The notes beneath the pieces are model-generated. The model saw only the letters and a program-made list of their open reading frames with translations. It ran no database searches and was not told the origin of the DNA. From assembly GCA_010015805.1 (NCBI GenBank), contig ML978129.1:496001-560000 (forward strand): a stretch of 64,000 bases of DNA. Reading direction: 5' to 3'. How positions within the stretch are numbered: the stretch's first letter is position 1; each line of letters opens with the position of its first letter. The stretch comes from Rhizodiscina lignyota. Its lineage: Eukaryota. Position numbers and translations under genes: made by a program. This document shows positions 33,732-45,122 of the stretch, in pieces.

Positions 33732-34865
33732 TTATTTTGCCTCCCCATCTGGTCGCATCGGCTCCTCCCTGTCAGGTTCGTACTGGGTTTCGCCCAATGC
33801 CGATGGTCCAACATGACCCACTTGTCCCTGACTTGATGAGGATGGCGCGACTACAGCAGCTGGAGGAGCTTGTGGTGGTGCCGGTCCTCTTCCTCCAGTA
33901 GCACTCAGTCTCTGGTCCAAAGCTTTCAGAGCCAATGCCCTTCTCCGCTCTGCTTCCTCTCGCCGACCTCCAGCCCAGCCCCTCCCGCCTCTTGGATTCA
34001 TGATACTTGGAAGACCGCCCTCTGAGCGTGCCGAAGCTTGTGCATTCCCCGACTCGATGTCTGCGGCGGAAAATGGAGTGCATACACGCATTGCGACGAG
34101 CGCCTCGTATATCCTGTCGCAAATAGCTGCGAGAGGCGTGTGGATCGGCTCGGGGAAGAAGAAGGGGAATGCAAAGGTGTCTGATGCGTCACCTTTGACA
34201 GTCGTCTCCTGTCCCTCGAGTGTAGAAGGTGAGACACGGAAGAAGCGTAGATAGATCCAGGACGTAAAGAAGCCGTACCACGAGAGTAATAGAGCAGTAT
34301 ACGTGCCAAGAACTATCGCAGCAATGGTATTGACTAGGAGGAAGATGGCAGGGAAGTGCTTCACCCGTATTCGGATCAGGCTGCGGAAGAGTGAGACGGT
34401 GTGCTCGGGAACGAGCTGCTTCAGGCTGACGAGGAAGGATGCTTGCAGAGGTAGCGCGCCAGAGATTGTGGCTGTGAGGAAGCCGTCATGCCTGGACAAG
34501 ACGAAAAGTGATACCAGCGTGCCGAACGTCAACAAGTTTGGTATCAGCGTAGTAACCAATATGAACTTGCCAAACTCGGCGCTGCCCCAGGCGCGTTCGA
34601 GGTAACGGCCACCATAGAAGAGGGTGAGGCCTGAGATGATGAGGCCGAAGATGTTCTGCTCCACGAGCGTCGCTGTGAAGAACACCCACGGATATATGAT
34701 GGATTGGCCCGGAACTATGGAGAGGTATGGCGCGCCGACGCCGATTCGCGTAAGAGGGGCTTGGAGGTCGGTATAGGGTCGGATTATGGCATTGGAGATG
34801 GTGAGGGCGATGCAGGTGATGAGGAGGAAGCGCGTGAGAGGAGGGATGTTGATTCGAGGCGCCAT
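33732..34865 (-). CDS. TMEM115/DUF1751 rhomboid-like Golgi membrane protein
   Basis: YPW.F.TATLVE.N, GRYLERAWGS.EF.KF, LV.LKQLVPEH, SWIYLRFF, KGDASDTFAF..FFP, EAERRRALALKALDQRL. Confidence 0.9.
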   Translation of the reverse strand: MAPRINIPPLTRFLLITCIALTISNAIIRPYTDLQAPLTRIGVGAPYLSIVPGQSIIYPWVFFTATLVEQNIFGLIISGLTLFYGGRYLERAWGSAEFGKFILVTTLIPNLLTFGTLVSLFVLSRHDGFLTATISGALPLQASFLVSLKQLVPEHTVSLFRSLIRIRVKHFPAIFLLVNTIAAIVLGTYTALLLSWYGFFTSWIYLRFFRVSPSTLEGQETTVKGDASDTFAFPFFFPEPIHTPLAAICDRIYEALVAMRVCTPFSAADIESGNAQASARSEGGLPSIMNPRGGRGWAGGRREEAERRRALALKALDQRLSATGGRGPAPPQAPPAAVVAPSSSSQGQVGHVGPSALGETQYEPDREEPMRPDGEAK

Positions 34866-35405
34866 CCTACGAGAGGACGCCGCTCTGTTCGAGCTTTCAG
34901 GCTAGGAGGAGTGTCGACGGAATTCGTGAGATGGAGAGTGTGGTGTGAGAGGACACTCTGGATTCGGCGCTGTTGAGAGGGTCTTTGAGAAAAGTGTGAT
35001 GCGCTGGTACGTAGCGGGGAAAGGGAGCAGCTTCTCTGAGGTAGTGGAGGTTCTTCGCAGTGGTGCAAACGAGCGTGTGTAGTTGACTTTTACTCAATAC
35101 TTGGTAGCTGACGAGAAAGGTGATGCTGCGGGTGCCTGCGCCGGTGCATGTCCCTTGTCACGTCGAGAAAGCCCCGGCGCCTTGGCGCTCCCTAGTTGCA
35201 AGCCCGCCTGCAACCTGAACGTCGTTGACCTCCACACCAAGCCATCCCAAAAGGTCGCCTGCAACTCACTCCCAACCCTGCCATCCACCACCACCACCCG
35301 TCGCATTCCTCCGATGATTGCGCGCTCCGTCCATCAATAGCAGAGACGCCGAAGGGATCTGTCGCATCAATACTATCTCAGCCGACCGTCGAACCAGGAT
35401 GCGAC

Positions 35406-37691
35406 ATGCCGACCGAGAAGCTCCCTTCGAACCTCTTGAATTACCTAATATGGCGATATCTCCAAGAAAGTGGTGCGCTCCCTAAATTTCGCTCGCGTTA
35501 ATCGCGCTCACTTACCCTCCTGCAGGATTCGGCAAGGCCGCGATAGAGCTCTCGAAGGCTTGGAATCGTGATCCAGAATCGCTCCCGTTCGCATCGCGCG
35601 TCAGGAAATATCATCTCATCAATATCGTGCAAGACGGCCTCCAGCTTGACTATCTAAACCACGAAGCCAATGGTGTACGTGTCCATATGCCTATCGCGTT
35701 ATCGTAGCTTTGTGGGACCGCTAACATGCTTGCAGGCCGTGAGAGCCTACGATTTTGGCACTGACTTTGGACCGGAGCATTCCATCCAAAGTGGAGATCC
35801 TGAGAACGAACTTCCGTACGGTACGACTCTGCACCCACCACATGCGCACAGTGCCAATGGCCAGCTCCAACATGCGCGAGATACGGAAACATCTGTCCCA
35901 CCGGACATCACAACGCGCAGAGCAACTGCGCGAAGGAGGAAGGGAACCGTTTCCAAGGAGCACCGGCCCATAGAGGTCATGGATATGGATACAAATGGAC
36001 TTTCACATCATCTCTCCATCGCAGCAACAGAAGGGGCGATATCAGATGCTCCTTCGCCGGCAGTTGACGAGCCACCTCAGCCCCCTCCGACAACTGTGGA
36101 CATAGGCGAAAGCAAAGTCACGCAGAGCGAAAGGGTCCAGCAATTAATTCCAGAGGCAGCCATTGTAAAGGTTCAGCCTCCGCAATCTCATACGCCATCG
36201 ACCTTTGCTATGCAGGTCGAACATGCACGCTTTGCTCCATCTGAACCCAAGGCCTTACTCCTCGCTGGCAACAACCTTGCGCGAGTCTACATCATTCCCA
36301 CAAACATGAACTCATCGACCGTACCATTATACCTTGACATCTCCGGTCTTGCTCCTACGTTCCATGTACTAGCTTGTGCATGGGTTCCGCCGCTTGACGG
36401 CGCGGTGTTAGCAGTTTGGGAGGTCTTCGAAAATGAAAAAGGCGACAAATTAGGCCAGGGCCGCATCGTCCATATGAGTAAAGGTGTAACATCGGCCGAG
36501 CCTGTCACCCGCACACTGGCCAAACAGATCCGAGATGTTGTTGCGTTGCGCTGGAACCAGTCCTCCAGATCCCTCCTATGTGTCTCTTTCACCGAAACTG
36601 CTGGCATGATCCGCGTGTGGACAGATGGGCTAGACCAGAGTTTGCCGCTCTTCAAAACGAAGCAACAGCTCTTTGATGCCCAGTGGGTTTCCGATTCCCA
36701 ATTCGTCGTATGCGGCAAGGAAGTCGTCACAATATACGAAGTCGTAGCAACTCCCGAAGGCGCCAGAGTAAAGCTAGTCGACCAGCGAGTACACAACAAT
36801 ATTGTCTTTCACAGGCTTTCTTACGATCCTATTACATCGATGGTGGCGGCGATTTCTCTCGACACTCCTGACCTCATTTTACTAGAGTCGCCAAGTGGTT
36901 TTAAGCCTCTGAATGGTCAAGAACCTGACCCAGACAGCGACCGATTATTGCACCACTATGTAGCATTCAATGCGCCCACTGCCCTATCATTTCAACCTAT
37001 TCCGAACCCTGCAAGTCTCGCTGCTGACGCGCCACGACTCCTGGCAACGGCTATGGACAGCGGGGAAATCATCGTATTCAATACGCGTCAGCAATGGAAG
37101 CAAGTAACTCGACTAGCACTGGGGGAGGGAATGTGTGCAGAAGTCTGTGCTTGGAGTGGTGACGGCTTTCTGCTTGCTGCAGCTGGAGGTGGGAGGGTCA
37201 CGGTGTGGAGGGCAGAAGACATTCTTGCGGAGAGTAGTACAAGAAGAGATGTCTTGCCGAGAGCTGTATGGACCGCGCCGGAAGGGACGTGGAAGAAGAA
37301 GCAGGCAAAGCCCCAACCGTGGTTGAAGTGGTTTAGTCCGAATGGCACTGGCGCCGTGCAGGAGCCGGCGCCCGGCACGGGGGTAGGAGACGCGACTGAC
37401 AAAGGAAAGGGTAAAGAGAAAGAGGCCAATGGAGAAGCTGTAGCTAATGGCCTAGACCATGGCTCCGCTATGGAGATTGACGGACAGGAGAAGCAAAATG
37501 ATGCGGAAACCACCTCGACGCCAAGAAGCGAGAGCGGCGCAGGTGACGAGGACATGCCGCAGTTGATTTGGGACGAGGATGGGAAGAAACTCATCTACAC
37601 GGCCAGCGATCAGGTACGAGTTGTGCGAGTCCTACTGTAAATGATTGGGCTAACAAACTGCTAGGTTGCCGTCATTAACCTGAGGTCATGA
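35406..37691 (+). CDS. SIF2: LisH + WD40 protein, Sif2/TBL1-like (Set3C HDAC complex subunit)
   Basis: LisH motif LNYLIWRYLQESGF, then LINIVQDGL and degenerate WD repeats (ALRWNQS, DAQWVSD, CAWSGDGFLLAA, LIWDEDGKKL). Terminal exon VAVINLRS*. A longer spliced form to 37959 is possible. Confidence 0.75.
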
Positions 37692-39917
37692 TGCAAATTA
37701 TCTTCTCACTTTCACACTAACATTATATACTTGTAGATGGATGTCGATCGGTCCAACTCGCGATCCATACCAAGGGTGGCGCACCACTGTCAAGGACGTC
37801 AGTTCGTACGAGGCCCAGGACACTGAAGACGAAGTACAGGTGCTAGCCTCAAGGCCGCGAGGCCAACGCGCGGGCCCAGGTCGACCTCGAGGTCGGGCAT
37901 CGAAGCGAGGCCGAGGCCGAGGCCGAGGGCCCGGTCGTCCTCGTAAGGCGCGCCTATGATTGACTTGACGGAGCCGCGGGTCAGGTGCAGTAGCATCGCA
38001 GTCACAATATTGTCGCGGCAGCGTGAGTCAGCTCATTTAGAGGCAGTGGAAGTCAACGCTCGAGTGTGAACATAGTTCGCCGGCGACGAGGATCGGGGCA
38101 GAGCAAACGATATTGATCGCGTTATGTTTTTGAGGGTTTCATGCGGATGATCAGTCAGGAGGCTTTTAGAGGCGGCGTTTGTCACACATTTCCGTCGGCG
38201 GCAATCACTTCTGGCAATGGGCAGGTTTTAGTTCTCATGAGTATTTCTGCATAGAGCTGGCGGGGAGGGAAACGTCTGGAGTATAGGTCGTTTGAAGGAG
38301 TCTGGTATTTTTTCTGTACAAGAAGCTTCGACTCGTCTATTGTACTGCTACACGCCTCCCAATCCAACTTGAACAAAGTCCATCACATCCGTCTTTGTAC
38401 TGAAATATGATCGATTGAGTCGGAGCGCGGGAGACTATTGATCGAGACGTGTAGGGAACGTGCCGGCCTCTGAGCGGATACATTAGTAGATTTCATAGTT
38501 GAGCGGGGGGTTAGAACATGGCGTACCACGCTGGTCGTCCCACCGCATGACCCAACTGTTCGGGCATATAGAGCGATACGCAAGGAGGAACTGTGAAATG
38601 GTTTGTAAGCTTCGGCTTTTCAATTTACGCATGGATTGGCGACATTTCATGCGAAGTTGGGAGGAAGAGTTGGTGGCGTGATCCTCGGGGTAGTGGATGT
38701 TCGACGCACCTGTTTGCAAGGTGGAAAGTCCTCGCCCTTCGCGAGAATGCACTTGTGATAGTCTACGTAGTTTTGCCAGCAATGCTTTGTCCTGTGCCAT
38801 ATTAACCCTGATTGTCTTCCGCAATGTCATTAAGGGTGGGTGCGTACTGGTTCTGGTTCGGGAAGCGGGCGTCGAAGCCTGGAGGTTGTGAGCAGCGCGT
38901 TCGTTATTCCATATGCTTCTAAAGCGCATTGGAAATGATATAGTAGCCGTGGAGACTTTGGAGGGCACAGGTGCTGTTCAATTGAGACGTACCGGCTGCT
39001 GGCCGTTAGCTATGCTGCATTGATCCTGATTAGAAGTAGCTTACCAGTCACAAACTTAAAGGGCTTCGTTTCGCGCTCGTCAGAGTCAGACATGGTGGTC
39101 GGTTTCGAAAATGAAGGGCTTGCTCAAGCTAGGCGTGTGTGAAGGGCGTGGGACGATGGCGGATGAGAGGGCAATGGAGCTCAGATGCCGGAGGTTGCTG
39201 CGAAGTCGAACGAGCTTCGATGCTTGGCGTTCGGAGGTTGCCGAAGTCTTAGACGTCTCGTACGAGTTCTCCATGGTATTATCTATTCAGATGGAAAGCA
39301 TTCTTTAACCAGTCGCAGCATGTGTCCTTCCTAGACAATCCATTCCATGATACTCCCGAAGCGTTCAAAATGCATCTCCATTTCCTCGTGTGTTAGCTGG
39401 GCTCCACTTCACCTCGCGACGACTTGCACTATGTCTAGCTCGAGAAATGAATAGTCCCACCTGAAGTCTCTGTCTGTCTACTCATAATACCTTTTCAATG
39501 GATGTAATAGTTGTGGTGGTCTACAAAACGCTTGAAAGGAACAGCGTATTAGGCCGACAGCGTCCAGGATTGGTGCGGACAAATTCAAATTATCGAGAAG
39601 CAGACTCATCGAGAATCCGTTAGAGGTGGAGAGGTGAACTCGCATGACAAGACTAGTGGACCCTGTTCCGGACAGCAAAATTTCAACCTTGAAACATGAA
39701 GTGAATCGGTCGCCAGCCAGTCAGAGCACCTGAGAGGGACGGGGAGCTACTAGTTGTAGCAGGAGTGAGCGAGCGCAGCAGTAATGAAAGATGATGCAAG
39801 ACGTACGCCGGTGGGACAGGTTTATTCACGTCTGACGCTTAGTTGTGCCAGATGTTATACTCTAGAGAGGATTACCCGTGGTCTGAGTGAGCGAGTAGAG
39901 ACAGACTTGTATACTAT

Positions 39918-42534
39918 CTAACCGAGTCGGAAACGTCGAAACTCGCTAGCTACGGCATCAAAGGCTCGGACGTGGCATCTTCCAATACCCAAGCGAGTGG
40001 CGACATCTCCGTCCCACTTGACCATCATCACGTTGTATAGTGGCCAGTCAATTTCGCAGTCGCTGAGTCGGCTCTCGTAGACATCGCTGTCGAACCATTC
40101 ATATCCCCGGCCCCTCGGCTCGATACGCTCGGATACTGTGAGACGTTGGTTTAATGTGTCCAACCACAACTCGTCTGTTGGCATCTTTGAGAGTTTAACG
40201 AAGTCGTAGTCGCCTGGAGACCATTCTTTTGCCAGATTTCCGTCAATTGTCACAACTCCGATGTATACACCGTTTCCATCTACTATTCTCAATTTGCACA
40301 CTGAATGACTACACTCACCCTGAAAAAGAGACCGCTGGGCATGTTGACGTGACACTGCCAGAGTTGCAACACAAGTGCCGAGGTAGAGATAGGTGAAATC
40401 GCCACTTGGTGCTCTGTTCGAAAGCCATCCGTCTAGGCGCATCAGCTCGTCCTGGGATGGCATCAGACGGTTATAATGCCTCTCAGGAGCATTTTCTTTA
40501 GCGTAATGTGTAAGGATGTTTTGATAGGGTATTAATGGTGGCTCATTCTTTCGCTGGTGCCAACCAGGAGGGAGTGGGGCGTCTCTTTCTACTTGGCTAA
40601 AGACATTGCCCGGAAGCTGTCGGCTTGTTGTTGTGGGACCTTCGTACCAAGTAACGCATGGAACTATGCGCTCCGTAAAAGCATCTTTGGGATAAGAAAC
40701 TCCTCCAATCCATCCTGACCAGTTCCAACTCCCGGCTATGGCTGGACTTAGTTCGCCAGACTCGTGACGGCGAACCAGAGTGCCCTCGGGGAGCCAGAGT
40801 AGTGCCATGTCAAGATAAACAAGGGGAATGTTGTCCCGAATGCGTTCGAAAGTCTCGAAAACCGCTTCAAAGGCAGATATTACACCTCGGCATGCTACGA
40901 AAACATCTCGGAAGATCAGCATCTTTCTGCGCGAGTAAAACCTAACAAAGACGAAGTAGAGTCTGATATCTGGCTTGCCCCAATGCCCAAAATTGCGTAT
41001 TAAGACTGTGGCTGACTGCTCTGTATCCTTGGCCGGTGCTAGGAATTCGTCATCTTGGATACAATGTCGGATTATATTGGGTCCATCCTCATCCAAGATG
41101 AATCTGGCACAAAGGAAGTGTACTTGTGAGTCTCTGACAAATAATTGCCTTGTTGAAAAAACCTCTTCTTGAAAGGTCTAGGCTCGAGTATTCCACACAG
41201 ACGAACCGTTATTGAAAATGCCCTCGTTCAAGCCATTGGCGATCATCCTCCCTTGGACATATGCCGAAACCTGTCCATTCCGCGGCCTTGATATTCCAGC
41301 TAGGCCCGGATCCGCATTTGATCCTGACATTGCAACGATCGTAAACTTAGCGCCGCCGAAAATCTTGTGCATTCTGGAGATATCATATTGAAGCTTGTCG
41401 TCGTCTTTGAACAAGACACAAAGAGTCTACCCACAGATATCTCTCGCCGAGCTTTGCGCACATTGTCATGGCATCACGGATGGTCTGGGGAATCGTCTTG
41501 TTTTCCAAAGATAGGCTGCCTGGTTGGTAGAGATCTGTCATGTTACCGTGATTGAGTTGCAAATTTGTTGAGTTGCCCCAAACATAGCTCAAGGCTATGT
41601 ATTGCGACTCTGGTTGAAAAGACTTAATCGATTTGTTCTTTGGCTGCATCTCCACCAAGCAATAGACCTGAACATCGATAACTCGGAGAGGGTCGGTCAT
41701 TTCTTGCTGAATGCACGTGTCCTGGTGTTCGCTCTCGCAAGTGCGAATCCATTCCCGTAAAACAGAGGTGTTGTGAAGGAAAGAAGCCACTCATTGCAAT
41801 GAAGGCATGCTATTGGTGTCAATCTGTCCTAATATTGCAAGATACATTCTGGGCCTCGAGCTGTTCGAGGAAATAGAGGTGAGTTCGAGGTAGCTTGGTT
41901 TGTCCGATTCGGATCGCTGTACAGAGTTCTCAAGAAAGCAATCCAGGTTGACAAGATCATTCTCTGCGCTTCCTATATTGTAGAATAGAGGCATGGAGTT
42001 ATCTAAAGCTCTCTTGAGGGAAGCGTCCCAGATCAGACTGCAGAAGAGACAAGAGGAACTCTCCCGAATCTTGGCCAGAGGCCCTAAGTTGATGCCTCTC
42101 CTGTCCCAGGTCTTCAGCTCATTCACATCTTGATTATGCACATGAATGGATGACAGTTCCTTGGAAAAGAGAAAGTCGAGGTTGAGGAGACTGCAGCGCA
42201 TACAGAGCGTTTGGTGAGCTGAATCTGGATCCTTGTACCCTCGAGAGCGTATCCAGGGCCATGGTGTAATTGGGACCAACTCGGATCCATTTGAGTAAGA
42301 CCATGTGACGTCGGACTGAGCCATTTGCTCATTCCACATGCTGGCGGCCTTCAGCTCTTCTATTGCTTCCTGCTCGAGCTCAGCGTCAACTGTGTCCAAA
42401 TTGACATCGCAAGCTTTGGGGGTGGGCTGCCGAACGCTGGGAACTAGTTGATCTACGGCCTCAGAAGTTTCCTTGTGGTTGCCATCAGATTGCCACTGGT
42501 CGACAGAGGACATGGGGGTGTCTGTTTCTGCCAT
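39918..42534 (-). pseudogene. HET (heterokaryon incompatibility) domain gene with two in-frame stops and one frameshift
   Basis: HET motifs LREWIRTC..EH, LRVIDV, YIALSYVWG, IPQTIRDAM..C..LGERYLWVDSLCLVQ, FTIVA, WNTRA*TFQE, YS.R, LLW, WNWSGW. Stops at 41791-41793 and 41178-41180; frameshift near 41406. Confidence 0.85.
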
Positions 42535-43188
42535 GGCCCAGAAACCCAAAGGCGCGAGGAACACTGAACCCCGAGCAGGCCACGCAAAGACTGAGACAAT
42601 TAAGCGTCAATATCTGTATCATAGAGGTCTTTGAAATCAGAAATGCGGTGAAAGGAAGTTTGAGATGAAAATGAGCAAGGGCTGAAGAAAAGCAGGCTGC
42701 AGGACAGTCGCCTCGAACATGGTCCACGAGGCTGTGCTCCAGCCTTAAGCGATTGGGAGCCTTACATGCTCTCAAGAGCTCAAATTAAGTCACCTACCAC
42801 CATCTGCGCTCGTAACGATAATCACGTACAAAAATGGGATGGTCCAATGTAGGAAGCGAGGTCTCGAGCCCAGAGAAACGTATACTTCAAGAGATATCTG
42901 CGAATGATTTGGCAGAAAATCAGTGATCGAGAGATAGTGATAACAATTGTACAGAGCAGTTTGGGGCAACATAAGCAAGCAAGGATTTGTAGATTGAGTG
43001 AATAAAGTGCGCATTTCTCGCACGATGCGTGTGTGCCAAGCCTTCCGTTGTTGGAGCTTGAGCTTGAACCCACGTCACGGTCACTCCACCGAGCTCATCG
43101 TCTCCTTTGTCTTCATCGCAATTGATCCGCAACTAACGCACTGAGCAACGCTCGCACCTCTCCAACACCTTAATCAGGCTCTCTCAGG

Positions 43189-43794
43189 ATGTTCAAGAAC
43201 CGTATCATCAGTACGCAGCCGGCTCGCGTCATGCGAATGATGCAGCCGGTTGCCCGGTCCCTCGAGACACGGCCATTCGCTCTTCGCTTCCAGCCCGTCC
43301 GTACGCTCCATATGCGACCCAGCGAGCGATTGATGATGCGACCAACAATGAGGAAGATGATGCCGGTTCCGGTAAGCTGTTTGCAACCGTGTGTGGCCTC
43401 AGGGGCAAGCTAACAGTGGAGCAGAAAGAGGAACACAGCGGTACGCAGAGATACCTCCTGAGACGAAGATGAAGGGCGTTCATTCGAATGATTACTCATT
43501 TAATTACAGCTCATACGATCTCGCAGCGCATAAGGACGCTCAAGAAGATCCCTCCAGAATTGATTCCCCTTGGTACGACCACAGCCCCATTGACTTTCGA
43601 AATATCCATGCTGACTTGATGTACAGGTGTTGTCATAGCGTATGCCATCAATTCATTACCGATGTCTGCAAAGAGATTGCCTAACTTGAACCTACAGAGC
43701 TGCCCTCTTCGCTGCCATCTATTCTATGGTCAACAAGCTGTTCTCAGACAAGACCCTGCGCCTCACTCGAAGCTCCTCAAGGGATCACTCATAA
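43189..43794 (+). CDS. Small mitochondrial single-pass protein, NDUFA4/MLRQ (B12D)-like, 123 aa, 5 exons
   Basis: Exons 43189-43371, 43425-43440, 43510-43572, 43627-43639 and 43698-43794 give an Arg/Met-rich presequence followed by KKIPPELIPLGVVIAAALFAAIYSMVNKLFSDKTLRL. Confidence 0.7.
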
Positions 43795-44121
43795 ATCGAA
43801 TGGTTGGTGGCCGAGATTCTGAATAGAGGGGAAGAGTATTTCTGAAGTTGACCTAGCGGCAAGATTGGACGCTGCATAGGCCCTTAGCTAGGAGTGGTGA
43901 TTTGTATAACCGAATCGAAAATATAGCATATTTCGCCCAAGTCGCGCCGCGTTTTCGTGAGCTCCAACTGTCAGGATGAATACTATTCTAGCCAACCCAG
44001 GACACGAATGTCAAGGCTAGCTATACTTGCTGGACACAGTTCCATGTCTAACGTACTCTCAGACAGGGCCTCGCTTGGCTTGAGGTGTAAAATTGGGCCG
44101 TCCGAGTATTGTGCAGAATGT

Positions 44122-44639
44122 TCACTCGGGCTTTGGTCCTGCGACATCCAGTCCCTCTAGACCCTGCATCGGGTCCAATGGAGGTGAAGTCGATCGCGCC
44201 CTATCCTTCTCTGTTGCGAGGCGGTCTTCCTCGCTGACAGCATGCTTCGCTAGCCATCCCTCCTGCGTAATTGTTAGTAATCCGTCCCAATACGAGAGAA
44301 TCTGGGATAAAATCGTACCTGTTCCCAGACCGCAGTCCTGCTTCCAAGTCCCTCATTCTGTTCCTTTTGTGGCTTAGCAGGCGCGACCTTGATGACCCTG
44401 CCATACAATTCGCTCTGGTCCATGTTGTCCATGGCTTCCTTTGCATCTCCCGCTTCCTCGAACTCCACATAGCCAAACCCCCGATGAGGATCAGTGGAGG
44501 ATGGCGCCTCCGGTTTTGGTAGTGAAATGTCAACAATTTCTCCAAAAGGTACGAATGCTGCGTGTAGTGTCGACGCCGTGACAGCATTGTCCAGATTGCC
44601 CACGTACACGGTTGACTTGACGCGTGCAGTGTCAGCCAT
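44122..44639 (-). CDS. RRM protein homologous to the cyclophilin-E/CYP33 N-terminal RRM (no PPIase domain), 2 exons
   Basis: TVYVGNL (RNP2), AFVPFGEI, HRGFGYVEF (RNP1), AMDNMDQSELYGRVIKV, AVWEQ|EGWLAKH. Confidence 0.88.
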
Positions 44640-45122
44640 GTTGTTGAATTAACAACTTTCTCTGACTAGTTTTCACGACGAGTCGAATAGGTGGAATGGA
44701 AGAAGTGAAGTTGGATAGGATTGGGTCACAACTGCGCCGGAGGTGAGGCGCAACGAAGTCGAAGTGGAATGAGCACTTTTAAGGCGCTGCGGGGAGCCTA
44801 AACGGCCGTCCAGATGCGTCCCAGCTTATTCGATGGCGACGATAGATATTAACACTTTTCTGCGTTATATATATGTATGTTCACGTTTGTTTAGGGTTCA
44901 TTGAATTTTCTGCCACCTTTGATATCCGTCACGTGAAAGCAAGGAAGGCCACCTTGTCTGGATTTCCCGATTAGATGGCCGCACAAATGTGAGCTAGCTC
45001 GACAACTTGCATCTGACAATAATCCCACCACAACACGCTGTCTCTTTGGCGCTCGAAGACCTTTCTGCCTCTCACCCGCAGGTGTCCTCCGCCTCAAACC
45101 TGCATTATCGCCATAATTCACT

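Noticed and set aside
44122..44639. CYP33-like gene lacking the cyclophilin domain as a truncation or pseudogene
   Set aside because: It has an intact second exon and a clean stop, so an RRM-only form appears to be the genuine architecture rather than damage.
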